Below are positions 26,762-38,007 of a stretch of DNA of 64,000 bases, piece by piece. The notes beneath the pieces were generated by a model. It saw nothing but the letters and a program-made list of their open reading frames with translations. It ran no database searches and had not been told where the DNA came from. The translations under genes and the position numbers were made by a program. This DNA comes from Leucoraja erinacea (Eukaryota), in the NCBI RefSeq assembly GCF_028641065.1, contig NC_073410.1, forward strand, positions 12,090,001-12,154,000, given 5' to 3'. Within the stretch, counting starts at the first letter, position 1. The number at the start of each line of letters is the position of its first letter.

Positions 26762-27934
26762 ATAAATAAGTATCCAAGGCACTAGACTACTGATCTAGAT
26801 ATAATTTCATATCGCACTCAAATTCATTGTATGCAATTCTGGGTGACACATTAGTGGAGGTATGTGGTTGCATTAGAGAGGATGTTGAAGAGTTTCACCA
26901 GCATGTTGTGTAAGAAGGAACTGCAGACGCTGGTTTGTACCGAAGATAGACTTTAACGTGCTGGAGTAACTCAACAGATCAGATGGCTTCTCTAGAGAAA
27001 AAGAATGGGTGATGTTTTGGGTCGGAACTCTTCTTCAGACTGTTGTCTGGTTTGGAGAAGTTTAGTTGTGGGATTGGATGGGCTAAACCTATTTTTCCTT
27101 GAGTGAAGATGGCTGAGTTGTGAATTAACAGTATATAATATTATCAGAGACATAGATATGGCAGATAGTTAGAGCTTTTTCACCTGATAGAGGTACCAAA
27201 ATCAGGAGGCCATAGCTTTAAGAAGAGGAGTTTTAAAGGCAATTTAAGGCGTGTTTTTTACATGGAATAGGGTTGGTATCTGGAACTCAATGCCAAAGGA
27301 GATATTAGAACAGATACAATTTCTATATTTAAGCGACACTTAGGGCACACTGTTGGAATTGGTTTAGAAGGCTCCTAGACAGATTCCAACTAAAATTCTG
27401 ACTTCGGCCGACAGAAAGTTTTGGAGAAAGTTCAAAGAGAAGCAGAGATAAGGCAGACATAGGAAGAACCACAAAATGGACATAAAGAATAACTGACGGT
27501 AAGTTATTAAATATAGAAATAACAGAAACCACAATATACTTTACAATCAATGAAGTGTGGTCAATGAAGTGCTGGGTGTGGTAAATAGAGTCACCTACCA
27601 GTACATTGCAAAGTCTCATGGAGTAGGAATGAAGGTGACCAGTCCATCTGATTTCCATCCATGCTGTGATAGTGTGGGGTGGGGAAATATTGACCCAAAT
27701 ATTAAGGTAACTTCCCTGTTCCTCTTTGATTACTTATAGCAAGTCATTTATGCCAATCTGATGAGATGGATCACCATCTGAATGCAGACATTTCTGACAG
27801 TACAGAAGTGCACTGAACTGTAGGTCTATTCTATTCTCCAGAGTGTGTGTTTAAAGCAACAACATAAACCATTTCTGCTACTTCAAGTTTTTTTAATATA
27901 ATATGACTGACTTATTTTGCCTACTTTTAGTCCA

Positions 27935-28270
27935 GTTTAGTTTAGTTTAGAGATGCAGCATTTAGAGATTAGACTGAAACAGGCCCTTCGGCCCACCGAG
28001 TCTGCACCGACCAATGATTCCCACACATTAACACAATCTTACACACACTAGGGACAATTTACATTCACACCAAGCCAATTACCCTACATCTATGTCTATA
28101 CCTATGCCTTTGGAGGGTGGGAGGAAATCGAAGATCTCGGAGAAAACCCACGTGGTCACGGGTAGAATGTACCCGTACAGACAGCACCCATTGTCAGGAT
28201 CGAACCCGGGTCTCTGGCGCTGCAAGCGTTGTAAGGCAGCAACTCTACCACTGCTCTACTGTGCCACCCC
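27935..28270 (-). mobile_element. HE1-like tRNA-derived V-SINE
   Basis: B box GGTTCGATCC on the minus strand, V-domain and (CTAAA)n tail. Confidence 0.85.
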
Positions 28271-28939
28271 TAATACGCTAATACTTGATCACATATACTG
28301 GAGGGAACTATCAACGCCAGACATATCTCTGCGTGGATTGACACAGAGACGCTCAATAATGCCGCATGATTAAACTTTGCCACAATAGTGCCGTGTGAAT
28401 ACCAACTCTAACATCAACCACAACATCACTCCGAGACCAATTAGTCCTATGGGTGAATGACTCTTCCAATTCACGCTGCCTTTGGGCTCCCGGGCAGGAT
28501 ACTGTACAATGAAGTTAGTCCTCAGCATGCTAAACACGACCATTGTGTAGAAATTGCCCAATGTCTTGGCCGCTGTATTCTTCTCGGGATCTCATGGGAT
28601 TAATGGTGACAAACTGGCGCAGGTCTCCTGTAAGTCTCAGTAAACACACATTTGAGACAAATTATGTGAACACTTTCCTGATCCATTTTAATCCACTATG
28701 AAAGCAGCTTCCATGCATTATACACCAAAGATGAATCATATCTGGCCATTCAATCACTGAAAATGTCCATAAGAGCAAAAGGAAAAAGGACAGGCATTGG
28801 TCATGGCCCCTGTGGACTCTTACATAATTTCATTATCTGCTCTTGGGCCCTAACTCCATTTTCCTGCTTGATCATTTATTCCTGAATTTTTCTCCAGTAA
28901 AATATTTTCTCTGTATCAACCTTGAATGTAGACCTCAAA

Positions 28940-29236
28940 GTTTAGACTTTAGAGATACAGCATGGAAATAGGCCCTTTTGCCCACCGAGTCCATGCAGAC
29001 CAACAATCACCCCCTGCACTAACACTATCCTACACATAAGGGCCAATTTATAAATTTACCGAAGCCAATTAACAAACAAACCTGTACATCTTTGGAGTGT
29101 GGGAGGAAACCGGAGCACCCAAAGAAAACCTACATGGTCATATATAGAACATACAAACAGCACTGATAGTCAGGATCAAACCTGGGTCTTTGACTCTTTA
29201 AGGCAGCAAATCTACTGCTGCACCACTGTGCCACCC
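28940..29236 (-). mobile_element. HE1-like tRNA-derived V-SINE
   Basis: Full-length body with A/B-box-like head. Confidence 0.8.
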
Positions 29237-29881
29237 TAATGATACACGTTAATGATTCACCATCTAGACGTCTCTGAAGTAGAGAGCTCCAAATCTCCAC
29301 ATTCCACTGAGACGAGAAATTCAGCCTTGAATAGCTGATTGCTTAACTTGAGGTTATGTCCTTAATTCTAGAATACCCCACGTTACACATAATGATCAGA
29401 AAGTGTGTGTCTATGTGTATGTGGAGAGAGGGGAGGGAGATGCATGTGGTGGTGCAGAGGATGCAGTGGTTTCTTTCCCTGACTTTGATTCAATGACATT
29501 TAAAACTAAAAGTAGAGTCGCATTGTTACTTCTGTTTTCAACTTCAAATATCTCTTTCCATGTAAAGACCAACTCTAATTGCTTTATTACAACTTGTTTA
29601 ATAAAATGTATTTGCCGATGCCTTAGGAACTGCAATCTCATGATGCTCTCAAAAAAGTTGGTAAATTCCAATCTCATCCCAATATCACTATAATATGGAA
29701 AATGATTCAGAATTTAAAACTAAATGTAATCAGTTGAGCAGATTGCAAGAAACCTGGTCTGAAGTTTAAAGAAGTGAGTCTGAAGAAGGGTCTTGACCCA
29801 AAATGTCATCAGTTCCTTTTCTTCAGAGATGCTGCCTGACCCACTGCGTTACTCTAGTATTTAGTGTCTGTCTACCAGCAG

Positions 29882-30070
29882 TGGTTCGACATTCAGCCTG
29901 GACATCCTTGGTTCCATCACCAATATGGACGCCCTTGGTTCTACATTCAGCATAGACATCCTTGGTTCCATCACCAATATGGACACCCTTGGTTCGACAT
30001 TCAGCATAGACATCCTTGGTTCCATCACCAATATGGACACCCTTGGTTCTACATTCAGCATCGTCATCCT
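29882..30070. repeat. Minisatellite, 54-bp unit made of two diverged 27-mers, about 3.5 copies
   Basis: TGGTTCGACATTCAGCATAGACATCCT alternates with TGGTTCCATCACCAATATGGACACCCT. Confidence 0.92.
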
Positions 30071-30617
30071 TCACAGATGCTCAATTGAAAGCCTGGAACA
30101 ATACACCTTCAGCATGGACCTCTTCTGGAAAAAGTTCAACCTCATCCTTCTCGTGAACAAACAATTTCTGGTCCGGAAGTCATCAGTTCGAGACAAATTG
30201 GATGGGTTAGGATGCAGCACAATTTCAAAATCACATAATTTGACTACTTTTAATAGGTTTAAATATGCAACTAACCTTATTTAAACTTCACATGTAAGCC
30301 GAGGCTTCCCCAGGCCAGTCACTGGTCCATATATCTCCACTCCGGACACGAGCGTTTCGGTGCACTAAGGGACTCCAGGCTTCGATCATCCATAATATTT
30401 ACAGTTTTGCAAACTGCCCCCCCCCCCCAAAAAAATCAACATTGAGCTCGTGTTAAAATGACCGAAAAATTGGGTTAAGGGATGCAAGGAAATTGGGAAC
30501 ATGGCCCATTGTTTTCCTTACACAGCGCAGAAATTGCCATGAATTTGGTTTAGAGCAAAGAAATTCATCGGCTATGAGTCCCTGCAACGAATGACTCGTT
30601 AGAAATGTGTCTTATTA

Positions 30618-30844
30618 TGCCCCTGTCCCACTTAGGAAACCTGAACGGAAACCTCTGGAGACTTTGCGCCCCACCCAATGTTTCCGTGCGGTTCCCGGAG
30701 GTTGCAGGTGGTTGCCGGAGGTTGCAGGTAGTGGAAGCAGGTAGGGAGACTGACAAAAACCTCCGGGAACCGCACGGAAACCTTGGGGTGGGGCGCAAAG
30801 TCTCCAGAGGTTTCAGTTCAGGTTTTCTAAGTGGGACAGGGGCA
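30618..30844. mobile_element. MITE, PIF/Harbinger-type
   Basis: About 86-bp near-perfect TIRs (30618-30703 and 30758-30844) beginning TGCCCCTGTCCCACTTAG; TTA 3-bp TSD at 30615-30617 and 30845-30847. Confidence 0.85.
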
Positions 30845-31106
30845 TTAGCCTGCGCATGAAGGTAAATGGTTTTTAGTAATCAGTTACCACTTTCATTGAG
30901 AACCAGTCAAAAAATAATGACTATTTTAGAGCGTGCCATTTGATTGCGATGCTGTGTATTGTTGTGGGATGGGAGTGCTGGTATGTTTCCTCTGTGCGTG
31001 GAATTAAGTTGTAAAAGACTGGAAGGGCCTCGCTGCTGGGTGATTCACTTGTCCCGCTCTCTCGCTTCGATCGTGTACGCACTGTGCAGAGGCCACTTGA
31101 TACCTT

Positions 31107-31279
31107 GTTTAAGAATGAACTGTAGATGCTGGAAAATCGAAGGTAGACAAAAGTGCTGGAGAAACTCAGCGGGTGCAGCAGCATCTATGGAGCGAAGGAA
31201 ATAGGCAACGTTAAACGTTGCCTATTTCCTTCGCTCCATAGATGCTGCTGCACCCGCTGAGTTTCTCCAGCATTTTTGC
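31107..31279. mobile_element. Palindromic Penelope-derived short insertion
   Basis: Inverted arms centred near 31212; 14-bp TSD CCACTTGATACCTT at 31093-31106 and 31280-31293. Confidence 0.8.
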
Positions 31280-31620
31280 CCACTTGATACCTTTGTGGGA
31301 GGCCTGGGGACGCGACAGGAGAGAGTAGATGTTGGTAACATGTCCAGTGATCTCGGAGCACCCCCTGGAGGAGATGAGGCGGGAGTTTGGCTGGTGATAC
31401 AGGGATAGCACAGAATCTACATCCCCCCGTCTCTGACCAACTGCAGAGTTAATCTAAAGTAACAGGGACTATACAGGGACTGGTGGCTGGGCCCTTGTGA
31501 TCTTCTTGGACAGTCGGGATAGATTATGGCACGTTCACCTTTGTGGACTCCTGGATGGCCATCGTAGGGAACGCAACCTCTTCCCAGAAGGATCAAGACG
31601 TGTCGAAGGAGGGGGTGGGT

Positions 31621-31664
<44 letters not shown>
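31621..31664. repeat. Poly-G tract (other G/C runs at about 7372, 23873, 32436, 37492 and 58146)
   Basis: Homopolymer seen directly. Confidence 0.9.
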
Positions 31665-31665
<1 letters not shown>

Positions 31666-32432
31666 AGGAAGGAACTGCAGATGCTGGTTTACACCGAAGG
31701 TAAACACAATATGCTGGAGTAATGTTGTAGAATTTCATTCCTTCTCTCCAGGGATGTTGCAAACAACATTGCCTCGAATTTCTTATTGGAATTATTATTA
31801 ACTATATTACATTCCTGGCTTCGCTACCTTGAGGGGATTTGTCATCATTTTGCCCAAGTCTTCACTCGGGAGGAGTGTAACAAGTTATTTCCCTCGATTA
31901 GATTTGACTTCGTGCCTCAATCTCTTTCGTCACCAGTTCTGAGCTGAGTGTGGTCTACCCTGAGAGAGCTGAATCTGTGGAATTCACTGCCACGGATGGC
32001 TGTGGAGGCCAAGACATTGGTGCTCATTTAAAACCGAACATTGATAGGTTCTTAATTAATAAGGGCGTCAAAGGTTACGGGGAGAAGGTTGGAAAATTGG
32101 GTTGGGAGGGGGAAATAGATCAAGCATGATGATGGAGTGGCAGAGTAGACTCGATGGACCCAATGGCCTCATTCTGCTCCAATGTGGCCTTGCGGTCTTA
32201 CGGACCAACGTGAAACAGCTTACACAGAAACGATGACGCCTGGAGACACAGAAAGTCGAGTCATGTTGGATCATGAGCAAAACACAAACTGGTGGTGCAT
32301 CGCAATGGGTCAGGCAGCACCTGGCGAAGCGAGTAGTTGGACAGGGTCGGGGCCCTTCTTCAAACTGACTCAAGAAAGAGTCGGGGCCCTACTTCGAAAC
32401 GGGCCCAAGAAAGGTCCCGGCCAACAGGTCAG

Positions 32433-32471
<39 letters not shown>

Positions 32472-32836
32472 TTCCCCCCCCCCCCCCCCTCTTCCGGCAC
32501 TTTCTGTTTTATACCCAGTTAAGTTTGGACGAACTGAAGGTCTGCACTTTTTGTTTAAATTAATGCCCGTGTCATGGAAACTGTAAGCTTCCGACAGCAG
32601 CCATAACTGTGCTCCTTGAACATGGTCCATTTGTAAGGGGAAATTTGCGAAAGATTTCTGGAGATCATGGCTCCGTTGTCATGTAATATTTAGATGTTCT
32701 TTAGAAATCTAGCCTTACCCCGATTTGAACGACAATTGGGACACGTTATTAATTGCATCTGTAATTACATTGCTGCATTATAACTGCGGTCAAATAATCT
32801 CCCAGTCAGTAATAGGCTTGAGTGGTGGTGCTGAAA

Positions 32837-32839
<3 letters not shown>

Positions 32840-32897
<58 letters not shown>
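32840..32897. repeat. (GT)n microsatellite
   Basis: Uninterrupted GT dinucleotide run. Confidence 0.97.
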
Positions 32898-32899
<2 letters not shown>

Positions 32900-33039
32900 C
32901 GCTTGAAGCGTCTGACTGGCATTAGTGGTCATTAAAACCTGTCTAAGGCGAGGTTCGTATGTATATGGGATGTTGCCGGTTTTTCTAACGCAAATAAATA
33001 ATGTGTGACAAAGGCATGCGTAAATGTTCTCGAGTGAAC

Positions 33040-33872
33040 ATTGATAGACAGTTTACGAGGGTGTCGCCTGGACTGGAGGAGGACCTGAGCTTTGGGACTC
33101 TTTTCCTTACAGCGCAGGAGGCTGACAAGCGATCTTATAGGGGTATAAGACCATGACCGGGGTAGATAAGGTGAATGCACAAAGTATTTTACCCAGGATT
33201 GAAAACAAAACAGAGCACATAGGTTTAAGCCGCGATGGGCAAGAAGGGGCAGGATCTGAAAGGGCCAACCTTTTCACTCAGAGGGCAGAGGGCGCATGGA
33301 AGAAGCTGCAAGAGGAGGAGGTGGCAGCATTTAAAAGACACTTTGGGTAGTTACGTCGACGGGAAAGGCTTAGAGGGATATGGGCCAAACACCGTCAAAT
33401 GGGTGCAGCTTCGATGGGGCATCTTGTTCGGCATAGAAACATAGACATAGAAACATAGACATAGAAACATATAAATTAGGTGCAGGAGTAGGCCATTCGG
33501 CCCTTCGAGCCTGCACCGCCATTCAATATGATCATGGCTGATCATCCAACTCAGTATCCCGTACCTGCCTTCTCTCCATACCCCCTGACCCCCTTAGCCA
33601 CAAGGGCCACATCTAACTCCCTCTTAAATAAAGCCAATGAACTGGCCTCGACTACCCTCTGTGGCAGAGAATTCCACAGATTCACCACTCTCTGTGTGAA
33701 AAAAAGTTCTTCTCATCTCGGTTTTAAAGGATTTCCCCCTTATCCTTAAGCTGTGACCCCTTGTCCTGGACTTCCCCAACATCGGGAACAATCTTCCTGC
33801 ATCTAGCCTGTCCAACCCCTTAAGAATGTTGTAAGTTTCTATAAGATCCCCTCTAAATCTCCTAAATTCTAG
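33040..33872. mobile_element. Old plus-strand CR1 fragment interrupted by a young minus-strand CR1 3' end (about 33432-33872)
   Basis: EFRRFRGDLIETYNILKGLDRLDAGRLFP on the minus strand; catagaaa tail; nearly identical to the 6521-6818 copy. Confidence 0.85.
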
Positions 33873-34534
33873 ACGTGGACGTGTTTGGCCGAAGCGACTG
33901 TTTCCATGCTGTAAGACTCTATGACAAACCAATTGAGAAACTAGTTGAAACGCTGAGAAGCGAGGCAACCCTGGTTCTATGTGAAACAGTTTAATTAAAG
34001 GCCAAAAGAAAAGAATATCCGGTGAACTTATACATATAGTGACTAGAACATTTTGTGATTATAAATTTAAATATCTCTAAGGTTCTAGTGCAAAAAAAAA
34101 GCGACGTTAAGATACATTTGTAAAGTTGATGTGGAATTGTGAAATATGTTACTGTTGGCCCTAATAATACACAATCGATGTCATGTTTAGATAATTTCAA
34201 TTGCGATTTCGATCTAACTTTTAACAGGCAATGCAATAAGGGGGTTATTGATGAAGCTACTTGTTCCTAGTTTGGGAATCATTCAGGCCGCTCTCAGAGC
34301 GGCGCCACTGCCACCTTGTGGTGATCTGGGGGGACGGGACTGAGAAACAAGGAACTGCAGATGCTGGAATCTTGCGCAGAATACCAAGTGCTGGAGTAAC
34401 CCAGTGTCGTGGAGGACATGGACAGGCGACGTTTTGGATCGGGATACTTCTTCAGACTGGACAGAGACAGGTCGAACTATTTTCAAGGCAAAAATAATAC
34501 TGGAGTAACTCAGCAGGTCAAACTGAGAAACATG

Positions 34535-35281
34535 TCACTCCTTCTCCCCATTGCAAATAATCCCTCTTTTAAACCTTCTACCTGTACTATGGATGTGTTT
34601 TTTGTTCAATGGAAGAATCAGGGAATCAATACTGTGGGAGACCTCTATCAGAAGGGGACTCTTTCCTCCTTTGAAGAATTGTAGGAGAAATACGATCTGA
34701 ACACCAATACCTTTTTCAGATACCTCCAAAAAACATCGAACACTCCAACATCCGACATTTATAGGCGCTCATGGGAGGATGAGATGGGTCAACACATCTC
34801 CAAGGATATATGGGACGAAAGCCGACATTACATACATCATTGCTCTTTAAATGCCAGACACTGCCTGATACAGTTTAAAGTACTGCACAGGCTATATTAC
34901 TCAAAGACCAAATTGAGCAAGATGTTCCACAGTGTTTCCCCCCTTTTGTGAAAAAAATTAGGTTTGGCTCGACTGACAAACCAGATCAATTCATAAAAAT
35001 ATGGTGTCCTTTTATTGAATTCCTTGAACACAAACTCAAAACTGATTGTAAGGCTGGGTGAGCGGGCGCATGGGTGGGTCGGCGGATATATCTCTTCTTT
35101 CTTCTTCTTTTCATCTTTCTCTTTCCTTTCTTCTCTCTGTTTTCCTATTTCAATTTAATATTCTGTTTGTAAAAATGTTAAAATTGAACTGGGCCTGGGC
35201 CTCCTTCATTGTCAAAACTGTGCTAGTGTTGTAGAACTGTTGAGTTATTCTTTTTTGTACAATTGTTTCCAATAAAAAAAA
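34535..35281 (+). mobile_element. L1-clade LINE ORF2 C-terminal fragment with internal deletions
   Basis: PIANNPSF...WKNQGINTVGDLY...SFEEL, then WEDEMG...LIQFKVLHRLYYSKTKL; ends AATAAA (35271-35276) plus an A-run. Confidence 0.7.
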
Positions 35282-35657
35282 TATATATATATTTTTTTTT
35301 AAACTCAGGCAGCATCTCTGAAGAATAGGTAAAACGCCTCTTGTCGTGGCCCTTCTTTAGACAAATTTACAGCGCAATCCTATTTCAAACAAATTGTATT
35401 TGTGTAACTACAGTGAACGGTGTTAAAACTAGGATACACAAAAATACTGTAGAAACTCTGCAGATGCAGCAGCATCTAAGTGTTAAAACTAGAATTGACA
35501 ATCCATCCAAATACACGCAAATACCATCAATTTCAGTACCATGTGAAATGTCACACTTTAAATTTAGGAAATATATATCTGTTAATGAAACCTGATTTTG
35601 CTTTTTACTATAAACGAATCCAACCAGGCAGCAAACAAAATAACACTTATGTTGTTG

Positions 35658-36125
35658 AAAGGAACTACAGATGCTGGTTTAAACCGAAGATAGACACAAA
35701 ATGCTGGAGTAACTCAGCGGGACTGCCAGCATCCCTGGATTGAAGGCATGGGTGACTTTTCGTGTCGAGGCCCTTCTTCGGATTAAATCGGGGGAGAGGG
35801 AGATACAGAGATATGGAAATTTAAGGTGTGAAAACGAGATAAATGGGATCAAGGAAAATATAGAATAGATTATTGTTAGCAAGGAGAAGATAACAACAAA
35901 GGAAGTAGATAAAAAATGTCAGGCTGGTCGGAGAACTGGGAAGGAGAGAGGGATGGAGAGAGAGGGAAAGCAAGGGTTATTTGAAGTTAGAGAAGTCAAT
36001 ATTCATACCGCTGACCGCCAGGGTGTAAGCTGCCCATGCAAAATATGAGGTGCTGTTCCTCCAATTTGGGCTGGCCCTCAATTTGACAATGAAGGAGGCC
36101 CAGGACAGAAAGGTCATTGTGGGAT
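35658..36125 (-). mobile_element. Penelope-like 3' fragment
   Basis: SHNDLSVLGLLHCQIEGQPKLEEQHLIF on the minus strand, plus the terminal repeat. Confidence 0.75.
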
Positions 36126-37128
36126 ACGATCGGCGGGCCCGTTTTATTTCGGATTAGAAAATTCACAAATTCAAAAGTGATAGGAGCAGAATTAGGCCAT
36201 TCGGCCAATCACGTCTGCAATGCTGCTCGATCGTAGCTGATCTCCATTTCTCTTTAACCCCATTATCCTCCCTTCTCCACATAACCCCTGACACCCGCAC
36301 TAATCGCGAATCTATCCATCTCTGCCTTAAAAATATCCATTGACTTGGTCTCCCCAGCCTCATGTAACCTTTGCAACTGTTTCCTGCACATTGTGTGGGA
36401 AGGAACTGCAGATGCTGTATTAAACAGAAAATAGACACAAAATGCTGAACTCAGCGGGACAGGCAGCATCTCTGGGGAGAAGGAATGGGGGAAGTTTTGG
36501 GTCGAGACCCGTCTTTCTGGCTTCGCTCTCGTAAGAATATCAAAATATTCGAAAAACTGCACCTAGCGTCAAGGCATGGTCACAACAGCTGCTGGGGTCC
36601 ACCTGTGGCCTTCCTGATCACACTGACCCGAAGCGAAAGCAGCTGAACTGATAAGCAGTCTAGGTACCCGTGATACAAGGACTTCCATTGGCTGAGGCAG
36701 GTGGTCAGATACGGCCATATGTTACTCGGCGGTGTTAAAAAGTTAATCACGCATTGCTCGGGGATTAGTGTCACAGCGGATTCCATTTACGTAATTCAGT
36801 GGGAAGCATGGGCCGCTTTAATTCCGCGCTTACAAATGGCACCGCCTAACAGTAGAGCCAGAGGGGTTCTGATATGGCAATCCTATTTAGATCTCTTCAA
36901 AACAGAGTAGCATTGAAGGAAAATTAATATCAGAATAGCAAGAAACATCGATGTCTTTTACAGATCACAAATTAGCATTCAGAGTTATTGGTGCCTTGAC
37001 TATGTGGTGTAGATATATATCATAAATGTAGACATGCCTATATATCATAATATGATATACGTATATGTATATTTGAAATAACAGGTCCATAGTCTAAGTT
37101 CCGACAGAAATCATATATATGTATATAT

Positions 37129-37159
<31 letters not shown>

Positions 37160-37508
37160 ATACGAGTGTATTTGTGTGTGCACCACGTGTGTGTATATAT
37201 GTATGTACGTACGAGTTTGTGTATATATATATATATATATATATACCCGAAACGTCACCCTTCTCTCCAGAGATGCTGCCTTGTCCCGCTGAGTTACTCC
37301 AGCATTTTGTGTCTAATATATATGTGCACCACGGGTGGGGGGGGGGGGGGGGGGAATATATATCGCTTGGGTATTACACGTACGAGTTGTGTATATATAT
37401 ATATATATGTTAAATATCCCTTGCTTTCCCTCTCGTCACCCCCTTCTCTTTTCCCGCCCGTCTTACTATCTCCGACTACATTCTTGTCCCGCCCCCCCCC
37501 CCCCCCCC

Positions 37509-37554
<46 letters not shown>

Positions 37555-37854
37555 ACATTTTGAAGATGAGTGTCGACCCGAAACGTATATTCCTTCTCTC
37601 CAGAGATGCTGCCTGTCCCGCTGATGTTACACACATTTTGTGTCTAATATATATACCATATACCCATATGTACACACATAGGCAGACATAGAGTGTGTAT
37701 GTGTGTAATATATACATAATCATAAATAAAAACATACATCATATATATATCCATAAATGTATTGTATATACTCTGGCTGAATTTCGACCCTGGATCCTGC
37801 GCCGGTCTGAGATTCGTATAGAATTTAACCCGCCAGATGTATTTACGCAGAGCG

Positions 37855-37928
37855 CTAATTTGTATTATTTATAGACAATGGTCTGGGTTACTGCGCTCAA
37901 ACTAATGAGATTACCCGCTCAACATAAA
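37855..37928 (+). promoter_or_regulatory. Candidate RBP3 photoreceptor proximal promoter: homeodomain P3 palindrome with an embedded CRX/OTX site, and a TATA-like box
   Basis: CTAATT at 37855-37860; TAAT-GAG-ATTA at 37903-37913 (contains GATTA = TAATC on the minus strand); CATAAA at 37923-37928; about 100 bp upstream of the ATG. Confidence 0.5.
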
Positions 37929-38007
37929 TGAAAGCTTAAATCTGTCTCATCCGGAGCATCTCTGTGTCAGGGTCGGCCCCGCCGTGGGGAGTGGAGGTGT
38001 GTGAAGA

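Noticed and set aside
29882-30070. CRISPR-like look of a constant core plus spacers
   Set aside because: The spacers are only 13 bp and alternate between two sequences, there are no cas genes, and the context is vertebrate. It is a minisatellite.
31417-37735. Poly-Pro and poly-Gly ORFs
   Set aside because: They arise from G/C homopolymer runs whose lengths may also be sequencing artefacts.
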